A stretch of 64,000 bases of DNA from an uncultured Nitrososphaerales archaeon (GTDB lineage Archaea > Thermoproteota > Nitrososphaeria > Nitrososphaerales > Nitrososphaeraceae), in contig CAWJCY010000003.1 in NCBI GenBank assembly GCA_963841565.1, positions 192,001 to 256,000 on the forward strand, read 5' to 3'. Positions within the stretch are counted from its first letter, which is position 1. Each line of letters opens with the position of its first letter. The translations under genes were made by a program, and so were the position numbers. The notes under the pieces were generated by a model. The model had not been told where the DNA came from. It saw nothing but the letters and a program-made list of their open reading frames with translations, and did no database searches. This document shows, piece after piece, positions 56,977-64,000 of the stretch.

Positions 56977-57234
56977 TCAGCAGTAACCCATATAGCGTTC
57001 TAGACCCTCATTTGAACTAGTATATTCAGAGTCGCCATCTGGTAGTAGGTCAAGATGTGAGGGAAAATGTTCTGAACAGTAACAATTGGTGCATTTTTTA
57101 CATTGAGCGGTTGGCTTGTTAAAGCAACTGACTATACCGCATACGCCTTCCTTCCTTGACCTTCGGGACCAATCATTTACATTTATCTCCTCATCTGTTG
57201 CTAGGTCGTCAGTGAGCAAGTGCATGTCTGTCAT
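56977..57234 (-). CDS. Small zinc-finger protein (AN1/B-box-like)
   Basis: CGIVSC......CKKC...YCSEH..H. Confidence 0.65.
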   Translation of the reverse strand: MTDMHLLTDDLATDEEINVNDWSRRSRKEGVCGIVSCFNKPTAQCKKCTNCYCSEHFPSHLDLLPDGDSEYTSSNEGLERYMGYC

Positions 57235-57551
57235 CGATGTCTATCGTCGATTTCCAGGATGACAGGTGCATTGACAACCAGTAGGACCAGCAAAACTAAG
57301 AGAACAGTATTCATGCCTATCTGTAAGACATTCTAATGACACTAGACGCACTACACTCTAAGCAACTGTTTACCTAATAACTAGACATCTAAGAATGATT
57401 AATGGCCGTAATCAGGAGAGGTGACTACTGTTTCAAAAAAAGGTAAAAGATTGTTTGAATGGTTATCCTACATCGCATCATTCATCGTCGTCATCGACAG
57501 GCTCTACGCCATGGCCATCAAACATATTTTTGTGTGCCGTTGCTCCTCCGT

Positions 57552-57790
57552 TTAAGTTTTTGCCGGCTGCTTCAATGTTTGAATCTCATATTTAACTTGC
57601 CTAAGCTCTTCTGATTGCTCAATCTCTAATTTCTTGACTTTATTTTCTAATCGTGGAGCTGGATCAATTGTTAATGCATCAGCTGCATGAGCTTTATAAT
57701 CCTGGAAGATTTCAAATTCATTAGGGCGATAGTAATGTCCTGAAGCTCCAATATTATGTCCCATTAGCATCTTAACATTGATCTCAATCT
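57552..57790 (-). mobile_element. Tyrosine recombinase/integrase C-terminal remnant
   Basis: (INVK)MLMGHNIGASGHYYRP matches the box II LxGH...Y of tyrosine recombinases and is followed by a coiled-coil tail. The upstream part of the gene is missing. Confidence 0.7.
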
Positions 57791-58080
57791 TAATAATTCG
57801 ATATATTATAAATAAGTAATAATTAATTATATTGAGATATTTCTATCAAGCAATTAGACTGATATTTGGCTGGTTGGGTGACTAATTATATCTCCCTTTC
57901 AATACATAAGTGTTCATTCATAGATCTTAGTTGTCATTGCTTCAGTCTGGGACTTACCCCTTGCCAAGTCCCTTAATTCTGGAGATTCATCCTTCAGCTT
58001 TCCTATAAGATACTTGACATTCAAGTATTGATCGTTTTTTTAAGAAAGAATATTAAGTATAGTTAATGTCAAAATAAAAG

Positions 58081-58593
58081 ATGAATGGTGATACATCTTC
58101 GCCAGGGGTCTATCCAAAGATAATCAATCATGTTGCAATTAGCGTTCCTGATCTTGAGAAGGCCGTAATCTGGTACACTCAAGTCCTAGGATTCACTGTG
58201 ATAAAACATGCAGCAGAATTTGTTGCTGATAACACACTGAAGGGGAGGGCAGTCAAAGATATTCATGGTACAAAATTGAAGAAAATGAAGATGGCCTGGC
58301 TAAGTTCTGCAAACCAGGTAGGCTTTGAAATAATAGAGTACGTGGAACCAAAAGCAGAGAAACGCCAAGATAATTTTGAGTACTGGAAATCAGGAATTAT
58401 CCACATCTGTATAACTGACCCTGACATTGAAGGAATATGTAAAAGAATATCTGACAGTGGAGGAAAACAGCGTACAGAGATATGGGAGATTGTTCCTGGG
58501 AAGAGTTACAAGATTGCGTTTTGCGAGGACCCTTTTGGCAACATTATCGAAGTCTTTGATCATAGCTACGAACAGATAATAAATTCATTATGA
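58081..58593 (+). CDS. VOC/glyoxalase family protein
   Basis: INHVAISVPDLEKAV.WY..VLGF, GFEIIEY, HICITDPDI, EDPFGNIIEV. Confidence 0.92.
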   Translation: MNGDTSSPGVYPKIINHVAISVPDLEKAVIWYTQVLGFTVIKHAAEFVADNTLKGRAVKDIHGTKLKKMKMAWLSSANQVGFEIIEYVEPKAEKRQDNFEYWKSGIIHICITDPDIEGICKRISDSGGKQRTEIWEIVPGKSYKIAFCEDPFGNIIEVFDHSYEQIINSL

Positions 58594-58944
58594 ACGAACA
58601 AATGCTTGGATAATTTGTTAATTATGGTCACTAGTAAATCGTCAAATAGGGAGGGGAAATTCTATTCATGTCATTTAAGAGATTTTATTCTAAAACTGCT
58701 CTACTTTACAACTTGACAACTTGGAGAAAATGTTAGTTTGGATTAAGTATACTACCTAAGCAGATACCAAATAACGTTATAGTTAATATTAGATTCTATC
58801 TTTATTCGCTGGCCGCAGAAAGATAAGAAATATGAATGATTGAAAATATACTACAGGTCAAATATTGGTTATCATTCCTAATTTCTGGAACAATAGAACA
58901 TTCCGAAATGATTTAGCACTAAAAAAATTAGGGGGTTCTTATTA

Positions 58945-59166
58945 CTATGTTGATGATTGACCAACAAGCTGAGTTGAGGGTAGGTTGGTTACAGCACTTT
59001 CAACATTCGGCTCTTGTGTATTATCAGCGTGTGATTCACCAGAGCCATTACATACTGCCATTGCCGCTTGAAAGGAAGTCCCGCTTTGTGTCGTCACAGA
59101 TACAGCCATGAATAATGCCGCAACTGCAAGCATACTTGCGGCAACGATCTTCACGCTTCTGTTCAA
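58945..59166 (-). CDS. Small secreted hypothetical protein
   Basis: Signal-peptide-like N-terminus; TTTAAA element about 30 nt upstream. Confidence 0.5.
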   Translation of the reverse strand: MNRSVKIVAASMLAVAALFMAVSVTTQSGTSFQAAMAVCNGSGESHADNTQEPNVESAVTNLPSTQLVGQSST

Positions 59167-59461
59167 TCTAGTCAGGGTATTTAAGTCAGGAGTATTTAAA
59201 CTGTCCTGTCGAAATATTTGACCATCCTTCAGATTGAGGACAATTAAGAATTAGGATAGATAAGATTATCACAATTAGCACTGAATCAAATATTTCTAGC
59301 ACAAAAGACGAGGATGATTTCTTAACAATTAAACACTTAGAATCAAAAAACGACCTGGATTCACTCCCCAAGTAGTTAGATCTTTTAGGATATGAATCAT
59401 GATTCGGGGTAAAGATGCTGTTCCCTATAATTGAAAAAATCAAATACAGAATTAACGGAGT

Positions 59462-59535
59462 AGCCTTGGGCTGGATTTGAACCAGCGATCTTTGCCATAC
59501 CAAGGCAAAACTCTTCCTGGCTAAGCTACCAAGGC
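59462..59535 (-). tRNA. tRNA-Thr(GGT), intronless, CCA not encoded
   Basis: Cloverleaf: GCCTTGG/CCAAGGC acceptor; GCTT/GAGT D-stem; TTGCC-TTGGTAT-GGCAA anticodon arm; GCTGG-TTCAAAT-CCAGC T-arm; discriminator T. Confidence 0.88.
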
Positions 59536-60339
59536 ACTTGTCTAAATCTATTTGTAGCGAATTTATTCCTTTACAACACCTAAGAGAGAGGACGATGGTT
59601 GTGACTGCTTGCATCCACCTCTTAATCATGAGAACTAACTAGCAGTTCGGGAAAACGATTCGTCGAAGATTCACTTGAATCGAAATTGTCAAATTTTGAT
59701 TTAATATGATAGTCGAACTACCTTTACAGAATCTTGTCAATCAACAGGAACGATGTACCTCTTTTTTCTCGCTCTCATTGTAAACATTTGCTTATGATAA
59801 GCGTAACCTTCGCCATTTTAACCTTGGAGATTAATTTGCTTTTGTTAATACTTTTTATGATTCAATTGAGTAATTATCAACATGTTGTCACAAAGACAAT
59901 CTAATTGCGTTGGTCGAATTCCATCTGATGAAACATTCATAATGATTTAGTCTTAACTCTTCGAGCAACAGATTAGTAAATATCCTGAGAGTAACACCTG
60001 ATTGTCTGTTACCTATGAAAATGCCTTGCTGCATGTTCAAACAAACCCAGCTCTGATAATTAAAAAGCATAAAAGAGGAATATCATATTAGCTGCACCCA
60101 TAAGGCATCATGATATTGTGGATCGGAACCAACATTTCGAAACAAAACATCTTCATCTGGAGAAATAGTATGTGTTGTCAAGCCGCAAACGGAACAGAAG
60201 GAATGTACTAAACTCAGAACGTCTTTGTTCTGTGGTATCTTTCTATGACATGCCTAAAATCAATATAAAAATAAGTGTTGGTATTCACTGTATTTTTTGA
60301 TGAATTTGTCTTAAAAAAATGAGGGAATGAAGGTGTTTT

Positions 60340-63300
60340 CTATGTCGATGGTGTAATTTCTCTGACGCTGAGATTTTTGATATCTATGCTGTTTCCATTG
60401 TCCCATCTAAATGAGGCTATTGGGCCACCCCATGTAACGATTTGATCTGATTCTCCATTACATTCACCGCCTTCACTACCCCATCCACCTTGATCAATGA
60501 AGTCGTATACTTTCTGCCACTGATTGTCATTGTTGGGATCCACCCATGATTCCATCTTTACTACTGTTTCACCATTTAACTGCATATTGTAAATTGCCAC
60601 CTTGAAACCTACGAATTGTCCGTCACCATCTGCAGGTGAACTTCCCCATGGCTGGAAGACGTAACTTACGTGCCATTGTTCCTTTGCCCATCTTACGTCT
60701 CCTCCGGTGTAGGCTAAAGACCCTTTGTATGCAACACCCTCACATCCTTCTGGCGATCCGCTTCCTGTATGCCTCCCTCCTCTTGCATACCATGTCCATT
60801 CATCATCTCCACCTGAATTGTATTTGACCTGCCCTGTCATCTCTACATTCTTCCAATCATTGGGAGACTGCATGTACCCTCTGCTTGCCAAGACGCTATG
60901 ATCTGTCGACCACATTATCTGGCTGATATCCTGAAGAAGTAAAAACACCATACCTTACTTGACCGCTGGTCACCCTCCAAGATCCGTCGCTATTTCTACT
61001 CATTGAAGGTTCACTTGTTCTAGGGTCATTTTGAGGGTCATCCATATTCATATACCACTCTTCACCACCAGGTTTTGTTGGATAGATTTTCTTTATTCCG
61101 AATTTGTCATTTGTGCCTCCGTCGGTACTTGACACAGTAATACTTACTGTTGCCTTGTTTATGCTTGTTGCACCTTTGCTATCACGGGCAACGTACGTAA
61201 AGCTATCTGGCCCAATGTATCCAGTGGTCGGTGTATACGTTACTATATTTTGAGCGCTAATTGTAGATAGCTGTCCATGCATTGGCTGATCAACTATACT
61301 GAAGGTTATGGGATCGTTATTAGGATCGGTACCTGATAGGGTAATATCTACTGCCGCATTTGTTCCTGTAGTTACACCCTTTGGATCTGCAGTAGGGGTT
61401 TGAATAAATTGCACTGATGAAAGCACACTTAGGTCAATCTCTGCGATAGCCAGCCACTTTTCTTGTAGGCCTGGAGTCTCGTCTATTCTAAATGTATTCT
61501 GTGCAGTAGCGGGGAGTTCTCTCAATGGAAATCTATCTGCGCCTTCTATTCCACTAACTTTAGTTCCATCATCAAAGAACTCCAATACTTTTACCCATTG
61601 GTTTGCGGGTTGGTTGTCATTATTCCCTTGGTCCTGATATACTTGTATTCTTACTCCTGCTTGTTCTTGTAATGCTACTGCCATGAATCCGACCCACCTA
61701 TTATGTATTGATACGCCTTGCTGCTCAAAGTCTAGGTCTAAGTTATCTGTATAATCTGGGTGAGGACATTCAGCTCTCAATCTTGGTTGGCCAGAATCTA
61801 CCGCTATTGCTGGGTCGTAAACGCAGCCATCATATGGAGCAGAATCGGTATGAGCACCTCCCAAAAGCTTCATGGCCACGTCGTCAGAACCGCCTGAACT
61901 TCTGAAGTAGCCTACCATTACAAGAGAGGTTCCTGCTGCGTTCATGTTGTGTCTGGCTCCGCCATCTCGTTCGTCTTTCTCGTATTCATAGTCCCATTGT
62001 CCCTTTATCTTGAAAGGTACTGTTACACCGTCCCTGGTGGTACTACCTCCTCCAGGGGGATTCGGCGGTCCAGTTGATTTTGGTCCCGCTACAAAAGCAT
62101 CAAGCCTACTGTCGGCATTGGGGACTACTGCAGGATCGCTATTATCCCTTAAACCTCCACCAAGAGAGGTCCATGCTGAGGACCAGGTATTGCTGTTGGG
62201 TGAGGATTGTGTCTTGTAGAACAATGCATTGTTGGTACCTACAACAAACACCTGAAGCCTGCCGTCACTATTTCTTGCAACAGCTGGACTTGTATCTGCT
62301 TTTATTCCTCCACCCAGGGATGTCCATGCTGGAGACCAGGTATTGCTGTTAGGTGAGGACTGTGTCTTGTAGTACAGCTGATTATTTGTACCAACAACAA
62401 ACACCTGCAGCCTACCATCGTTATTTGCTATTCCTATTGGATTTGTATTGGCTCTCAAACCTCCACCCAGGGATGTCCATGTTGGAGACCATGTGCTACT
62501 ATCATCTGCTGTCTGGGCTAGGTATTGTAATTGGTTATTTGTACCTACAACAAACACCTGAAGCCTACCGTCACTATTTCTTGCAACAGCTGGACTTGTA
62601 TCTGCTTTTATTCCTCCACCCAGGGATGTCCATGCTGGAGACCAGGTATTGCTGTTAGGTGAGGACTGTGTCTTGTAATACAGTTGATTATTTGTACCTA
62701 CAACAAACACCTGCAGCCTACCATCGTTATTTGCTATTCCTATTGGATTTGTATTGGCTCTCAAACCTCCACCTAGAGATGTCCATGATGCGGTCCAGCT
62801 TGCACTGTTAGGTGAGGTCTGTGTCTTGTAATACAGTTGATTATTTGTACCTACAACAAACACCTGAAGCCTACCGTCACTATTTCTTGCAACAGCTGGA
62901 CTTGTATCTGCTTTTATTCCTCCACCCAGGGATGTCCATGCTGGAGACCAGGTATTGCTGTTAGGTGAGGACTGTGTCTTGTAGTACAGCTGATTATTTG
63001 TGTTTACAACAAACACTTGCAGCCTACCATCGTTATTCATGGCGATAGCCAAATCAGTGTCAGATGCTATCTCACCACTAAGTGAAGAGTAAGAAGACCA
63101 TGTGCTACCACCGGCTGAGGTTTGCCATTTATGGTAGAGGGTTCCTATTACATTGCTGCCACCGCCACCGCCTCCACCAATAGCGCCACCGAAGACAGAA
63201 ATTTCATTAATGCTTGCCCAGTCATTTTCAGTATTACCGTTTACGGTAATTCGTATGTATCTTCCTTCAGTCCCTTCATGTAAGGTATATTTCTCAGCAG

Positions 63301-63880
63301 CCGTACCTAGACTGCTAGTATCGGGGGGTTCACTAGTGAAGGTAGTACCATCATCTGATACAGATATCACGAAATTATTTTGTCTAATATCACCACGGTA
63401 CCAAGCAATATCGACGCTGCATATACTTTTCTTTGAACCCAGATCAAGTTGAATCCATGATCCCTGTCCAAGGTTAGACCATCTGGTATTTAGATTATTG
63501 TCTACCACATTGGATGGAACATTGCCATCGTTACCCGATGCAACAACCGCTGACACTGGTAGTTTATCACATGTTGCAAGAGCAGAAGCTTGATCCTCAG
63601 AACCCTGAGGTCTGATCTGTAAATTCGACATCATATTATCCGTCAGATTGTTCACTGATTGTTGTTCATCTTCCATAGTAAGAAGAGGATTCACCTTATT
63701 GGTAGTTGGAATAGCAAGTGGAATATTGAATGTGTTATCACTTGATGAAGGATTAAGCGAAGCGTGGACAATTTTCCCTTGGTAAATAGAAAGAGGAACG
63801 AATAGCATGATTACTATTGGAATAACTGTAAACAACTTTTGAACATTAGCCATCCTTCTCGTAAATAATTGGAAATGCAT
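60340..63880 (-). CDS. Large secreted multidomain glycan-binding protein: F5/8-type C (discoidin), 7-blade PLL-like propeller, lyase-like domain, Ig/cadherin-like domain, second lyase-like domain; 1-nt frameshift near 60907
   Basis: Signal peptide; DNNLNTRWS...WIQLDLG...RYIRITV; 7x DGRLQVFV/WTSLGG repeats; LSGTDP..D.ITFSIV..P.HG.L...YTP..GY.G.DSFTY; DKFGIKKIYPT domain continuing into ORF 60340..60951. Confidence 0.85.
62090..63140 (-). repeat. Seven 153-bp (51-aa) tandem repeats with a 306-bp A/B alternation
   Basis: Near-identical DNA blocks begin at about 62241, 62547 and 62853 (acaacaaacacctgaagcct...ggagaccaggtattgctgttaggtgaggac). Confidence 0.92.
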
Positions 63881-64000
63881 CTGATTTATGAAATACTACT
63901 CTAATATTTACGGATGTTTTATAAATTTGTACTTTCTTAAATCTGAGAGTTTTCTAAGTAGCAATTATCAACCAACTTCTGTACCTCTCAATATACTATA

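Noticed and set aside
59186-59629. 147-aa ORF
   Set aside because: It overlaps tRNA-Thr on the same strand and has no protein-like features.
62090-63140. CRISPR array or DGR template/variable repeat
   Set aside because: The repeats are contiguous in-frame coding units without unique spacers; there is no reverse transcriptase in the window and no evident adenine-specific mismatch pattern.

Overview
AT-rich archaeal chromosomal window. Gene content (rps8e, TFB, CDC48, ScpA/ScpB, cupredoxins, GSDH-type PQQ dehydrogenase, F420-dependent PPOX protein, wHTH and FxLYD proteins) points to a soil ammonia-oxidising archaeon of the Nitrososphaeraceae type; this is an inference. The first 18 kb is mostly core genes (scpAB, rps8e, phosphoesterase, carB/carA, tfb, cdc48). 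The rest is accessory: secreted and membrane proteins, two HtrA proteases, regulators, malic enzyme, a class III cyclase, an integrase remnant near tRNA-Thr(GGT), and a large multidomain lectin-like surface protein. The top finding is a 28-nt insertion (6411-6438, minus strand) that breaks the conserved GEAGE|FDYSG motif of carB. It folds into a bulge-helix-bulge/loop motif whose standard cut sites restore the reading frame exactly, making it a candidate tRNA-endonuclease-spliced mRNA intron in carB. The second is a compact, multiply paired candidate ncRNA (14480-14628) with its own TATA-like box upstream of tfb. About ten genes carry 1-2 nt frameshifts, which may be assembly errors. All calls were made by eye, with no database searches.
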